A stretch of 64,000 bases of DNA from the NCBI GenBank assembly GCA_046563655.1, contig CM102283.1, forward strand, positions 4,278,001 to 4,342,000. The letters are read 5' to 3'. Positions 21,852 to 37,300 of this stretch are shown here, in pieces. Within the stretch, counting starts at the first letter, position 1; every line of letters starts with the position of its first letter. The position numbers and the translations under genes are program-made. The stretch comes from Yuukianura sp. NJ FZ-2021. Taxonomy: Eukaryota. The notes beneath the pieces were generated by a model that had not been told where the DNA came from, made no database searches, and saw only the letters and a list, made by a program, of their open reading frames with translations.

Positions 21852-24122
21852 TGCGAAGGAGCGCTTTCGCCTGGAAAACTTTCACGAACGAAACGCTTCA
21901 AGCGCTTTCATAGGAAATTGTGAAACCGATGCGTTGAAAACACGCATGTGCTTTTTCACTTCACTGAACCACCATCTTGTGATTGCAATTTTGAAGGTGA
22001 TTTTTGGGTGTGCGCAGTGACCACTTTACTAAATCAACTGCTCATAGTCCATTCCCATTGGGGCATAGAGAATCAAGTCTTCTCGAGTCGTTTTTACAAC
22101 TTCCCTTCCTCGCTTTGGTAACATTGAACTAAATTCCAAATGGTGTCAATTACTTCTTCAATGTAAAGAGAAGAAAGGACAATCCAATTGCATCACGAAA
22201 CATTAAAAAAATGACATTGAAAAATTCCTTACCAGGCACAAAGGAAATGAAACTGAAACAATTTTCACAAACTTCGGAATTCTGAAGTACGACAGAGAAA
22301 CGAAAACTTCAGAAGAATTTGGATGAATAACGTGGAATCAAAATTTTGAGAAATGAGGATATTGAAATAACTAGAATTTGAAAAGTGATCTGTCGTTGTA
22401 ACTAATCTTGTTCTTTGGAACTGTCGGGCCCTTTCAGTTCTTCTCACTAAGTGACACGACAAAGAAAATTTAAGACGTCCGTTCTGAGAAAGGTTTGGAG
22501 ATCGACTGAGCCTGGAAACTTGACTATTCTCTCATCTTAAGATGAGAATTGAAGCAAATGACGTTTGGTTTCTCAGAGTAGTAAACACGATAACTGACAG
22601 GAATGCTGTTTTGACTGCGCGTGCTCAAAGTGGCTATAGAGGCCAAAACGGCATATTCCAGGAATAATATGGAAGGGTATCAGCTTTCGGCTTTTGAAAG
22701 AACTGTCAGCGTTTGGTCCTGAGCAGTGGATTTTTACGGTGTTTAAAAGTTGTTGTTCCACTTGTGATGTAACTTGACACTGGGCTTGGCGGGTGTGGGA
22801 GTGGTTGTGCTCGTAAGGTCAGACAAGGCCATACTGTGTGCACATATCTCATACTGGCCCATACTTTCATGTAACGTTCAATCGCAGCGTAAACAAAATT
22901 TTGAATGGCGAGACATTTCAAAACCCAATTACCTAATTTCCACATTTTGCTGAAAATACTTTTAGCTAGCCTTTAAATTTTAGTAATTTATTGACTCTTT
23001 TTGCCTTTGCAAAATGCGCTGCTTAACTACGTGTTACGGCCGACTTAAGCAATGGATCATTTGGAGTATGCGGTCATTCACTTTACCTTTTGAAATCAAC
23101 CGCGTGTCCAGTGTCTATGCTGACCTTGGCATGTTGAATTTACGAGATCTGAGAATAACCTCCGAGTTGACCTCGACCCCAACACGAAGAAATGAATCAT
23201 TTTTCATCCATTCCCATGCCGCCAAAGCAACTCTCGCACCATCACCACAAGTTCAACCCTGAAGCGACGTCTAGAAATCTTATAGAATTTGTACATCTTG
23301 TTTCCACGTGCCGAATTCCTTGAGCTGATTTAAGGCATCATTTTCAATTCTTTTTTCTATTGACCTGGTTTAATTTTAATTTAAATTTTTTACCCCCGTT
23401 TTAAACACTTGCAATTAAGATGTCCTAGAATAAGGAGGATTTGACTTTATTATAACCTATTAATTAATTAAGAAATACTTCAATTTGACGTAAAATCGTC
23501 AAGTTATAGACGGACCAGTTAAGCTACAAATCAGTGTATGTGACGTCCAAAGAGACGCAACACACAAAGATAAGCTTTTAGTCAAATTTTGAAACCTCAA
23601 TTCTGAGGATTAGTCAACTACTACACAAACTACCGCCTAGTTTGAGACAGGTTGAGACGAGAACCGCGAACACAAATTTAAAAGTAAAAGTAAGCCGTAT
23701 TAGAATAAAATAAAACACGGCGGTTGGAATAAGGCTTAACAAGCGTCACTGTAATCCTACAGTGTATCCACTTAGCGTCAGCAGCTACTTAATGCTTTCA
23801 ATTTAGGTTACATTTTTAAGGCAGACGGCTACTAATTTTGCCACTAGATGTACCGGCACCCGGCTAAAATAGCCACACAAAATGGCCAATGGTAGTACAC
23901 CGCGCCCTGTTATTAATTAGGGCCGCTAAGCCTTAGCTTAACCAACCCAACAATCCAATTTCTTAATACGGTTTAAGCTGTTGATCTACATAACTTAATT
24001 GAATGAGCTAAACTATTTTCTAGTTAAACCTTTTGTTTACTTTCAAAGGTGAACGTCGATTGCAGCTAAAGCTGTAGTAAACTGGTTAAGTTGAGTGTAC
24101 TAAATAGGGTCCCTCTTGCATA

Positions 24123-25421
24123 ATGAGACCTAAAGTTGTTCCTAACACAAATCGAAGCCTTGCAATTGCACTATCCGAACTCGGATTCCGACTGAACGGC
24201 ACACGGCCGAACGATTTCAGGACCAGTGAAATGACCTTCGGCAAGACCGCCGGGTCTTGTGAAGTAGTTTTTCCCGAAGGAACTCGAGTGTTCTGTCAGG
24301 CAAGTATTATTATTTACAAGCTACGCACAGGACAGGACCCTGACTCGACGCTTGAACTTTATACATTCGTATAGTACAATTTTGCTAAATTGTTTTGCGG
24401 TATTGCTCTCAACAGGTATCTGCATCAGTCGGAGAACCCAGCGAATCACGACCCGGAGAGGGGATTTTGACCGTGTCAGCATGGATCTCACCCAGTGCAA
24501 CTGGAGAAACTGGAGGAGGCGGTTCTGGAGCTAAGAAACCTGCAATTATCGCCAGAACTGTTGAGAAATTGTTTAAGGACAACCGTGTTGTTGACCTTGA
24601 GTCTCTTTGTATCAAGTTCGGGGAAAAGGTTTGCGCTTCTCTCTCGCCTTTAAACGTAACCTGTAAATGATATGACAAGCACTTTTATTACGTTAGGTGT
24701 GGGTTTTGCGGATCGATGTTCACATCCTAGACACAAACGGCTGTCTAGCAGAGGCTGCTGCATTGGCCGTGCTTGGTGGACTGTTAACCTTTCGAATGCC
24801 GCAAGCGAGCGTTGAGACGAACACGGGAAAACTGACAGTGTTGACTTTGGATGAGGCAGTTCCTGTTCGCCTGCATCTTCACCACCATCCTATTCTTACG
24901 TCTTTCGTCCTAACCCCAACTAACAAAATTTTGGCAGAACCGGATCAACAAGAAGAAGACGTAAGACATTTTTATGGGATAATTCGCTAAAACGCTGAAG
25001 TTTGTTTAAAGTATATACCGTTTTGTTGTCACTTCAGATTTTCCCGGGAAAAGTGCTGATTGGAATAAATGAGAGCAAGGAAGTTTGTTATCTCCATTGC
25101 ACTACCCCAATCAACTACGACATTTTAAGCGAAGCCACGACATTAGCCCAAGCCAAATGCCTGGAACGGGTGAAGTGGATAAAAGAATTGGTGCGACGCG
25201 ACGACGAAGTTCGTGCTGTTCCGTTATACTTGCAAGAAAATCACTCCCGGAAGGAAGGCAATGTGATTGATATAACCTCCATACTGGAGCAGCATCTTAT
25301 CAAAGATCCAGTGAAAGAAAGCGGCGCAAAGGTTTGTCCGATTTCATTGGCAGACGAAATTAGAATTTTACAATTGGAATCCGAACTATCTCTTTAGTGT
25401 CTAGTGTCCAAGTATAATTGA
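24123..25421 (+). CDS. EXOSC9: Exosome complex component RRP45 (RNase PH family)
   Basis: Exons 24123-24299, 24416-24628, 24697-24960, 25038-25331 and a short last exon from about 25398 (acceptor ambiguous). Motifs RLNGTRPNDFR, RPGEGIL, VDLESLCIKFGEK|VWVLRIDVHILD..G, FRMP, LHLHHHPI. Confidence 0.9.
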
Positions 25422-25868
25422 TATCTACGGCAACAATAAGAATCCAGGAAGCATTCGATTTTGATACCAAAACAATAACCTAACCAACCTTAATAACGTA
25501 TAACGTTACATTTCATTCCTCTTTGTTTTGGAGTTTTTTTTAAAGAGAATTAAAAGTTTTGTGTAAATCTGTGGATTTGAGTGCTACATCCTTGATATCC
25601 CCCAGTTAAGTTGAACTATAGTCTTACAGTTTCAAAGAGGATCTGGTTAGTTGTGACATCCGCCCCTCTCTCTAAAGATGAAGTTCGTTAGGGGCTATGG
25701 AGTGGATCCAGATACCTGGACAAAACTCGTCTTGGTCACATTCAAGTGAGGGCAGTCGAGACATCAAGACAGCTTCAGGACATGAACATTTCCAACCAAA
25801 CTGGCTGACGGCGAAACAACAGCCTCCCGTCGTAGTTTTCCACTTCTTGGTCTTTCAGCAATACTCTC

Positions 25869-26941
<1,073 letters not shown>

Positions 26942-27333
26942 AACGCAGCAATCTCATCAGCCCCCTCGTCGCGCACCACCTCTTATTTAACCGAAATCTA
27001 AATTCATAGTCGAAACACCACCTAAAGTTAACGTATACGAAGACGAACCCCTTATCTTTATTGTCCCAGCAACTAAATGTAGAAAAGCTTCAGCTACTAG
27101 CACACACTGTTTAATTTAAATTAACTTAATTAAAGCCTGACGCTGAAATTATTCATAAAAACACCAAAAATACAAGTTAAATATTAAAAAGTCAGTAAGA
27201 AAGCTAACTAAACCTAAATAATTGGAGGAATGAGTTGCTTGAGGCACAATCACAAGGACAATCACACCACCGACACGAATTTTAAAAGGAACAATTATCA
27301 ACACTGTTTCTGTGAATACACAGACAGAGAGAA

Positions 27334-29494
27334 TTAGTTTTCCAGCAGGTCTTTGGCCACTCGAAGTCTCCAAATGCTAATTGGCATCTTTGGAAGGTTG
27401 GACGTCTGCTGACCTCCGATAACAAGCAAGTAGTTGGGTGTTGTTATTTCAATATCGGATCTTCCAGGCCCAGCATCCGATGATAGCGTTTGCATTTCGA
27501 TCATCTCTGGTGGTGTGTTGTAATTGGGATTTTCGAAACCATTTCGTCTCAACTCCTCCAGTGTCTCCATGGAAGCGTAATCAGAAGTGGAGTTTGGCAT
27601 GGCTTCGAAGTCAGAGAATCGAACAGAGTTTGACTTGTGAACACGTTGGTTATGGCCGCTGGAGGCTGCGTAATAATTAGACTTGTAAAACTTCTCGAGT
27701 ATCTCATACGGTACTGTTTTTTACTGTTACCTGATCGGAAGCATGTCGTTGTTTCTGATCGTTTCGGATTTTGCTGCGGCGAGAGTGGCGAGTCGTCAAA
27801 CTCATCTGGACTGGAGTCACCGTTTTTCCATTCGTCACATTCTTCGTCCGGAGCAGATCCCAGCATCTGATAGGTTCCACTACTCATGCGTTTCAGGAGC
27901 GAAGTCATGTGGTTTGCGGTGCTGACTTTGGCATCGTCATGGGCCGTGTTGTCCCACCAATAAGAACCGTCTTCCTCCCTTCTTCCCTGTATTGCAACGC
28001 CATTACGTTTAGTCGTCAATCCGGAGTTGTTTTTCACTTTAATAATGGCTGGAAGCATTGCCACTGCGGCATATAGGGCTGGAGTCGGTTTAACTCCGTG
28101 AAAAGAAAACTTCTCCCATGTATCGCTGACTGCAACGTACAAAAAAAATTTTCAGTGAATGGTTAAGAGGCGGCGTACAAGAGAAAATCTATGGTTATTT
28201 TGCTTACAAAACGAAAATCGCCACAACTCGTCCGTTGCTCGTCCATTTCTGTCACCAGCATAAAGAAAGATGAAACCAAAGGCTTTCGTCATCAAAGGAC
28301 CCGCAACCGCGCCTGGATTTGGTTTGCATTTTAATTGAATCCAGCACTGAGAGTCTAGAATGCAAGAAACAACGTTTTGGTTTTGTGTTTGAATAAAACG
28401 AGTTATGAAGTTTTTTGTAACGGGTACGAGAGGTTACAGTTTACCTAAATCAAACTTCCAGAAGTCCCCCTTTTCCTCCAAATCTGACATTCCACCATAG
28501 ATGAAGAGGCCTCCGCCGTGCATAATTCCGGCATGAGAATGACGAGCTGCTGGAAATGAGTTGTACCAGGCAGGAGATTGGTGTTGATAGAAAATATGCC
28601 AAGACTCCGTTTCTGAAAAGAGCAGTATTAAACTCATTAACATATTCATACGTATGAACTCATCGCCTTTTAAAAGTTACCAAAATGAAACGCCCAAATA
28701 TCTCCTAAGCTTCCTTTCAAATCACGATAGCCCCCGTGAATCAGCATGTAACCAGAATGCACGGCAGCAACGTGACCTCTGGACCCAGAAGGGGACTTAA
28801 CTTTGGAGTCTCCTTTCCACTTCCTCCACTCCATTTTCTAACATTGAAAACAAATTAATCCTAAACGAATCCCGAACTGTCAATGATTTTTAGAACTTAT
28901 CCCACGCACTTTGAGGTTGAAGATCCATAACGGAGTGTTGTCACCGATTCCGATCTCTCCACCGAACATATAGATTTGTTCCTGGTGATGAACCATGGTG
29001 TGTTCCTGCAATGGTGGTGGGGAGTTTCTGCCCTTGACTCGACTCCATCGCCCAGCACCTATCCGAGTAAAAACATTCTTAGTTAGAGGCAAAGGCCACT
29101 TGTCATCATTACGTTGCAAGTTCCATCAATATAACTTACAAAGTTCCAATTTCCAGAAGTCTTTCAAATACGACGATCCTGATTTGCCTGCAATTACCAA
29201 AGAGTAAAATCATTTTGGATTTCTAAAAATTTAATGAGTTCAGCTCAGTTATTCAACCCGTGAATACACTAAGCAGCAGATACTAGCAGATCACATACTA
29301 ACTTGTAGATTGAATTTTCAGAATTCCATAATAATTCGTCCCTAGCTTAAGCACTACGTATTTATTAGTAATTGGATGATTAAATGCTTTTAATACCAAC
29401 CTCCGTATAAATACAAATCGTGTTTGACCAGAACTACAGCGTGTTTACATCTGCCTTGAGGTGAGTCACCGTCGATGATGACATTGGACCACAT
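27334..29494 (-). CDS. Kelch-repeat beta-propeller protein, multi-exon
   Basis: Repeats PQGRCKHAVV..LYLYGG, PPPLQEHTMV..IYMFGG, PSGSRGHVAA..MLIHGG, PAARHSHAGI..LFIYGG. A long low-complexity insert is followed by a final YLLVIGG..ISIWRL blade. An intron at about 27668-27730 joins the last two ORFs in frame. Confidence 0.85.
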
Positions 29495-30245
29495 TGAGAC
29501 TGGATGGCACTGCTGGCAATCTATCCTCTGGACGTTATAATTAATCCGGTATTAGAACAATCTTCCTGCTTAAAACATTCTGAAACTACCTTCATCCATG
29601 GTCTACGTCAAACCTATATAGTCGAGTCGTACCGTTTCGTTAGTAAAATTAGTTGTTTTGATTTGGCACACAAGTTTTAATGTCAAGTCAAGAGTTTACA
29701 ATTTCTAATGATAGTAAATGGTGGTCGCAACTTAACTCAACCCAGCCGCATGCGAAAGGTCGCGGTATCAATCTACCAAGCGGCGATTGATGTTGCGATT
29801 GCGACTGATGAGTTATGTTCCAGCATTTTTTAGTTTATCCAAATTGCTCCTGAAGTACTATGATGAAAGTTTGATTTTTAATTTTCATCGATAGATATAA
29901 ATAATTATATCAGTCTCAAATAATTATAATAACAAAGGTCTGTATCTGTTGAGCGTTCTAAGTCACTCGAGAATTTCAATTTGTGATATCTAAAAATATT
30001 TTAACACAGAAGTACATAAAATTGCTAGTGGATCATAAAGTTTTGAAATTAACAATGCTCAAAACCTTCTATTAAATCGTCGATTGAAATGCATTGAAAG
30101 AAGTTTTGTTATTCCGAGAGACAAGAAACGAAAGGGCGAGACCAATATTTAATATTAAATTTGACACTATAAAGTTTCAGCTTACTGAAAAAGCTCAATC
30201 TCGAAATTTTGAATTTATATAAATTCCACTTTACAAATTAAAACA

Positions 30246-31012
30246 TTAGTCAACTTCTGTTATTCGCCATGCACCAATGCTGTAAATAGCATCAGGGAGA
30301 CTTTCCACTTCAAGCGTCGTTGACCTGCATGTGCATCGGAGGCATCCTGGTGTCGCCGGTTCTGTTGGCCAGCAACCACTGGAACATGAATGCTTTGGCA
30401 AGCATTTTCTTGTTTCATATGCTGGAGCAAGAGTAACGGTGCAGCGGCACATGCCGCCAGTTCCTTCAATTCGGTCAGTCAATTTACACTTCAACCCGCA
30501 GCTACCGTCTTCGCCTGGGAACTCGGAGTACGTAATAACAACTGCAGAGCAGTTGCAAGTAAAGCAGTTGTCAGGATTAGTATAGTTCGTCACGATGCAA
30601 TTGTTTGGACAAACACCAAACCCGGGATAACAAATAATTTCGTGAGCTTGATAAACATAGCTTGAAGTTGCACTAAAATGCAATGGAATAGCTTTCAAAT
30701 TCTCTGTAAGACGGTTTGAGATTTGCAGTTCTGCAAATAAATATTACGAAAAGTTGATTTAAGTGTTTAAATTAATTAATTTAAATTGATTAAAAATTGT
30801 TAGAAATATATTGAAAGAGGCATTTCTAAATAAAACAATAGACAAAAAAGTAAACTATCCTCCTTCACTTTCAGTTTGCCGAAATGGGATACATTTCTTT
30901 AAATGCAGATAGCATTATTTTTTTTTACTTTAGTTTTAATATTTTATATGTAGTGATATTTTTTTCTTACGTGTTGCTGGAGCTATGAGTATGTTGTCTT
31001 CCTCCCTCATTG
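30246..31012 (-). CDS. Cys-rich protein, paralogue A (3' exons)
   Basis: Exons 30971-31012 and 30246-30730 join in phase. Three Cys-rich modules (CYPGFGVCPNNC...CFTCNC) and C-terminal IYSIGAW, paralleling 38351-38874. Family unknown. Confidence 0.65.
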
Positions 31013-31311
31013 CTGATATGATGAGATTTTGCAAATGTTCTTTAAAATAATTTTAAAAAACTACATGAAAAAGGCATAAGATAGCTTAAGTAAATTGCTA
31101 GGTAACTTTCGACCATAGGTTATGCTGGAATCAGCTACTTTTTGGTGGTTCCAAGCCATTGCTTCAAATGCTTTGTTTCTGACCGAAAAGTTTCTAAAAA
31201 TTACTTCTAAAACCCTAGCTTTGAGATTTTAGAAACAAACTTTTTAGAAACAATTCTCCTTTAGAACCAATAATTCATTTGCGCACTTTTGGCGTGCTTC
31301 TCTTCTGGGTA

Positions 31312-34300
31312 TGTTGAGGAATCAGGTGGAGATCCGCCAATCTCCCTTCCTCTTTGTGTGACCTCCACTTTAGGTTAAGAGAGTACACTTGTACTCATAG
31401 CGCTCTTCCGACTCCACTTGTCGCCTTGAGAGAGGACGAAGTGTCAACCTCACCGGAGGTGACGTGGCCATTCTCAAGGGCGATGAGTGGAGGCGGAATC
31501 GCCTCAAATCCTAGTTTTAGTTTCAAGTCTAAGTCTCATTCCAGCACTCGCTGCAATAGCTTCTCTTTTTGTCGTGCTCACTTGAGCCAAATTGTTTTCC
31601 CTACAATAGTGGTCACGTGACCTTGTTATTGTTCTAAGTCAGGCCCACTGGGGTTAAGTCTAACTCTCTCGAGTAAGTTAAGGTTGCCTTTAATTGTGTC
31701 CTCCTCCTTGGAAAGTGGCAACAATAAAGCAACTAAAAATCATCTACAGTTTTCAACCCGGACCAGCAAGAAAGCTACAAATTTCTTGACACATCCCTTA
31801 ATATACACGCCTTAAGTGTACAAAAGGATTTCAGAATCTGGACAGTCGTTTTTGTGGTAGCAGCAAAAGAATTGCACTTGACAAATTGACCGCATTCATC
31901 CACCCATTTCATTGGCGCCCAACGCCGGGATCTCTCCCGAAACTACTTCAAAGGGTGTGAAAAGTGTGTGACAATAACTGAAAGTTCGCCAAACCAAAAT
32001 GGCGACACAGAAGAAATCCATGAGCGGGTCAGGGACATCTGAAGGTCAACTTCAAGAACCACCAGTGCTGTTCGAGTGGGCTCAGTTTGGACTCAAAGCG
32101 ACCTTTGACCAGATCCAAGACTGCTACAACAAGGAGTTCAAGGACTGGAAAAAGGTAATGTCTGTTGATGTTCCTCTCAAAGAAATGCTGATCACTGATC
32201 TGAAGAACAAGTTCTCATCTTGGGAGAGGGAGGTACTTTTGGCAATGTCAGTCATCAAGGATGACGCTGCACTCGCAGATTGCAAATCCACCATCAGTAA
32301 AGGTCAGGAAATAATTACTTCTTGTTTTCGTGCATTGTTTACGGCCAAAGGGTTGTTGGAAGAAACCGCTGCCAAAGCGGAAGCAGCCGCCAGAGCTTCA
32401 CTTCCACCAGCTTCTATGAACAATACCAGTGTTTTGAACTCGTCAGTGACTGGTGCTTCTAAAACGCCCTCTGTGAAGTTGCCAAAAGTTGATTTGCCGA
32501 CATTTGATGGAAAGCATGAGGACTGGGTGAGCTTTCGTGATTTGTTTTCCGCTATTGTTGTGAACAACGATGACCTCAGCAGTGTGTTTAAGATGTCATA
32601 CCTCAAATCGTCATTGAAAGGAGACGCTGCTCTGCAAATTCGGAATTACGCAGTTGCTGAGGGTCAGTTCGAGGAGGCGTGGCAAGAAGTCATAAAACGG
32701 TACGAAAATACTCGCGAAATTGTTCTTTCATTGATTCGTAGGATTGCTGACGCCAAGTCAGTGACCTCTGATAGTGCCACGTCTCTCCAGCGCCTTATCG
32801 ACACCGTGACGGAAGCTTTGAGGTCACTCAAGGTCCTCAAAAGAAAGGTAGACGACTGGGACGACCTCCTTGTCTATCTTATCTTGGAGAAGCTAGACCT
32901 TGAGACAAGAAAGGAGTGGGGCAAAGTTCTTCCTGCGGACAACAAAATGCCCAAGTTCAAGGACTTGACGGACTTTTTGGAGGTCAGGATCCGCAGCCTT
33001 CAATCCATCTCCAAGGGCAACACTCGTCGCACTGATAATCACCATCGTGTACATCATGTGGCAGAAGGGAATTCCACTTCCAAAAACTGCGTTTGTTGTA
33101 GCAAGGAAAAGCACCCCATCTACAAGTGTCCTGAATTCAATCAGCACACAGTTGCTGATCGTCAGAAGCTCGTCACGCAGAAACGTCTCTGCTACTCATG
33201 CCTTTCTCCTTCTCACTTCACGAAGGAATGCAACTCTACGTCTCGCTGCCGCCAGTGTCAGAAGAGGCATCACACCCTTCTTCATGACACTCAGAGGGGT
33301 GGGAAGGGCTCTCCGTCCTACAATACTGCCCCACCTCCAATCACATCTTCATTTGTTCCTGGTGGCACTGCATTCCTTCCAGAGGCCTCTTTAGCTCCAG
33401 CCACCATCAACTCGGCCATCATCAGCGGCTTATCTTCTTCTCGACCTCTGCTGGCTACTGCCATGGTCAAGGCGAAGAACAAGCATGGGACAGATTCCTG
33501 GGTGCGTGTCTTCCTGGATTCTGGTGCTCAGGGTAACTTGATAAGTGAAGCTTGTGTTCGTCGACTTGGACTTCCTCGGTCAAGAAACGAACCCCATATC
33601 TACGGTGTTGGAGACACGTACGTTGGCCAGAGTAAAGGAGTGACAACGCTCACCTTGACTTCACATGATGGAGCTTATCAATTCTCTGTTGCTGCTCTCA
33701 TCATGCCAAAGGTCACGACCCCTCAACCCGACCATCCGTTGGACACTTCGACGTGGATCCACCTCAAGCGACTTCCCCTAGCTGATCCAAACTTCAACAC
33801 ACCAGGAGAAGTGGATATGATCCTTGATGTCTCCTGCTTCTTCACCTTGGTCACTGGAAGGAAGGTTGATGGCCCACCAGGAACTCCTTCTGCTCTCAGC
33901 ACTCGCCTAGGATGGATCATTGGTGGCTCAGTCTCAGAACAACATGCTCAAGTTCATGTCATTCGAGTTCATCAAGTTTCACATTTGGACACACTGGACA
34001 TTGTGAAGCGGTTCTGGGAGTTGGAAGAAGTTCCACATGCGATCAACTGGACTGAAGAAGAAAGGAGAACCGAGGACCATTTCACATCTACGATTTTACG
34101 TGACACGGATGGAAGGTATGTCACTCGACTTCCTTTCAAACGTGATCCCAAGGTCCTCGGAGCGTCTCGCGACATTGCAGAACGCCGTCTCTTCAGTCTG
34201 GAGCGTCGCCTTGACAAGTTTCCAGAGAAGAAGCCGGAGTACATTGACTTCATGCGACAGTACGAGTCTCTTGGCCACATGAGGAAGCTTCCGTCTTCAA

Positions 34301-37300
34301 CTGATTTCGAGATTCGTGGGAGAACCAACTACATTCCCCACCATTTCGTTATCAAAGAAGACAGCTCCACCACAAAACTTCGTGTTGTTTTTGACGCTTC
34401 CGCACAGACATCAAATGGAATTTCCTTCAATTCAGTTTTGATGGTGGGACCAAAGGTGCAGCCAGACTTGTTTGAGATTCTTCTGGGCTTCAGACGTCAT
34501 CCAGTTGCACTGAAGGCAGATATCACCAAGATGTACCGCCAGTTCAAGGTCCACGACGAAGACTGCAGTTTTCTCCGAATCCTGTGGCGAGAAGATCCCA
34601 GCCTACCAATTCAAGCGTACGAGCTCACCACTGTGACTTATGGGACCTCATCAGCACCTCACACAGCAACCCGCTGCTTGCTTCAATTGGCAGAAGATGA
34701 AGGAGCCAAGTATCCACTCGGAGCGAAGGCCCTTCGAAGCAACTACTACGTAGATGACTTCTTATCTTCTTACCGTACCACAGAGGAAGCAGTTGAAGTC
34801 CAGAAGCAACTCACCGCCTTAGCTGATTCTGCCAAACTGGAACTCCGGAAGTGGGACTCCAACTCTGAGGCAGTACTGGAACACATCCCAGCGACCATGA
34901 GGGAGAGGAACAGCACCATTGAAACTTCATCCTCTACCCTTCAGAAGGTACTTGGAATCTCCTGGGATGCCACCAAGGACTCCTTCGTCTTTACTGGCTT
35001 TCTTCCGGAGACATCATCCAAGGTCACCAAGCGACATGTCCTCTCGGAGATGTCAAGGGTATTCGATCCTCTCGGGTTCTTATCTCCACTGACAATCTCT
35101 GTTAAATTATTCTTTCAAAGGCTGTGGCTTCCAGTTCCTTCCGACAATGGAGAGTACGTGCTCGACTGGGATGACGAAATTCCAGAATTGATGTTGGAAG
35201 AATGGTTCCAGTACTTGGACGGACTGAAGGACATCACAAAGGTGGCCATTCCACGATGTATCCTTCCTGCTTCACAAACTTCAAATGCTGAATTCCATGG
35301 CTTCTGCGATGCCTCCAGCAAGGCTTACGCTGCAGTCGTCTACATGCGGAGCACTGCAGCTGATGGTAGTACTGTCGTCCGCCTTGTTGCATCGAAGACC
35401 AAGGTGGCTCCAAACAAGAATCTTTCCATTCCTCGGCTTGAACTGTGCAGCGCCTTGCTCCTATCTAAGCTGATCAACGCTCTCAAAACAATTCTTGATG
35501 CTCAATTCAAGATCCACACTTGGACCGATTCCGAAATTGTTCTTCGCTGGATAAGCTGCCAATCCAGACGCTTCGAAACTTTCGTCGCCAACCGGATTGC
35601 TATTATCCAAGAGCTCATCCCAACGGAATCATGGAGATACGTTCCCTCTGCGCTGAATCCAGCCGACTGTGCCTCACGTGGGGTCACAGCGGCAGAACTT
35701 CTGAACCATGACCTGTGGTGGGAAGGACCACCGTGGCTCAAACTCCACACCACAGCATTGTTCCAGACACCACAGAAGGAGATCTCATCCAAGGACTTTG
35801 AGGAGAAGAAACGAATCCATTTCGTTACCTCACGGCCTACGATGTCATTCTTCATCGCTACACGCTTTTCAAAACTCAAGATTCTCAATCGTGTTGTTGC
35901 CTTTGTGCTCAGATTCGCCAGGAATTCCAGTAAACCAAAGGACAAGCGATTGACCGGTCACCTCACCATTCCGGAATTACGCGGGGCACTGCTCATCATA
36001 ATTCGCCAAGCACAAGGAGAATCTTACAACTCCGAATTCTCTCAACTTGAACAACAGAACGAGGTTGCACATTCAAGCACTCTCCTAGCGTTGAATCCAT
36101 TTGTGGACAAAGAGACTGGGTTACTTCGAGTCGGGGGCAGACTCCAGCATTCGGCTCTGAGTGACACCACCAAACACCAAATCATTCTTCCTGCACACCA
36201 TCACGTTACCAAGCTCATTATTGAAGATCTCCACTCGGACTTACTTCATGCGGGGTTTCAACTACTTTGGGCAGAGCTGCGCAGGAAGTACTGGATTCCT
36301 CGTGCTCGAAATGTCATCCGCACCATCATCCGAAGATGCGTGGTGTGCAGAAGATTCCGAGCTGATCATGCCAACCAACTGATGGGATCTCTCCCGTCAG
36401 CACGGGTCACCCCGTCCCGTGGATTCCAAACAGTGGGAGTGGACTTTGCTGGGCCTTACACTATTCAAGTCACCAAAGGAAGGGGCAGAAAACAGTTCAA
36501 GGCCTACATGTGTCTCTTCGTCTGTTTCGCCTCCAAGGCACTTCATCTTGAGCCAGTCACCGAACTCTCCACCCCAGCATTCTTAGCAGCGCTCCGTCGG
36601 TTTGTCTCCCGTCGCGGAATTCCATCTGATATCCATTCCGACAATGGAACAAACTTCGTGGGGGCCGAGCGGGAACTTCGTGAATTTTTGGACATCGCAC
36701 GGAAGGACGAAATTCACCACTACCTGACAGACAAGTCGATTCGATGGCACTTCATTCCACCAGGAGCGCCTCACCAAGGTGGACTTTGGGAAGCTGGAGT
36801 GAAGAGTGCTAAGTACCATCTTCGTCGCGTCGTTGGTCAAAGCACCCTCACCCTCGAAGAATTCTGGACGTTGCTCTGTCAAGTCGAGGCCGCTCTCAAC
36901 TCTAGACCGCTGTGTGCTCTCTCCAATGATCCACTGGACCACAACGTGCTGACCCCAGGTCATTTGCTGATTGGGCAGCCACTTACCGCTCTTCCCGAAG
37001 ACGATGTCACCCAGCAGCGAGTCAACCGGCTGACGAGATGGCAACATGTGACCCAGATGTTCCAGCATTTCTGGCGACGTTGGAGTGCTGAGTACCTGAC
37101 CTCGTTGCAGCAGCGCTACAAATGGAAGAAGAAGACAGCAAATGTGCAGATTGGAGATTTGGTGCTGATCCGAGACGAACAGCTTCCTCCTCTCAAGTGG
37201 AAATTGGCAAGGATCACCGAAACTCACCCCGGCAGTGATGGTCTAGTTCGAGTCGTCTCCCTGAAGACAGCCACTGGGACCCTTCAACGCCCTATTTCGA

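Noticed and set aside
22570-23340. Coding-like minus-strand stretch between the GPCR and RRP45
   Set aside because: Stops in all frames and no consistent exon chain or domain; it may be a relic but cannot be called.
32304-37227. Antisense and alternative-frame ORFs up to 214 aa within BEL
   Set aside because: Shadow ORFs expected opposite a long coding region.
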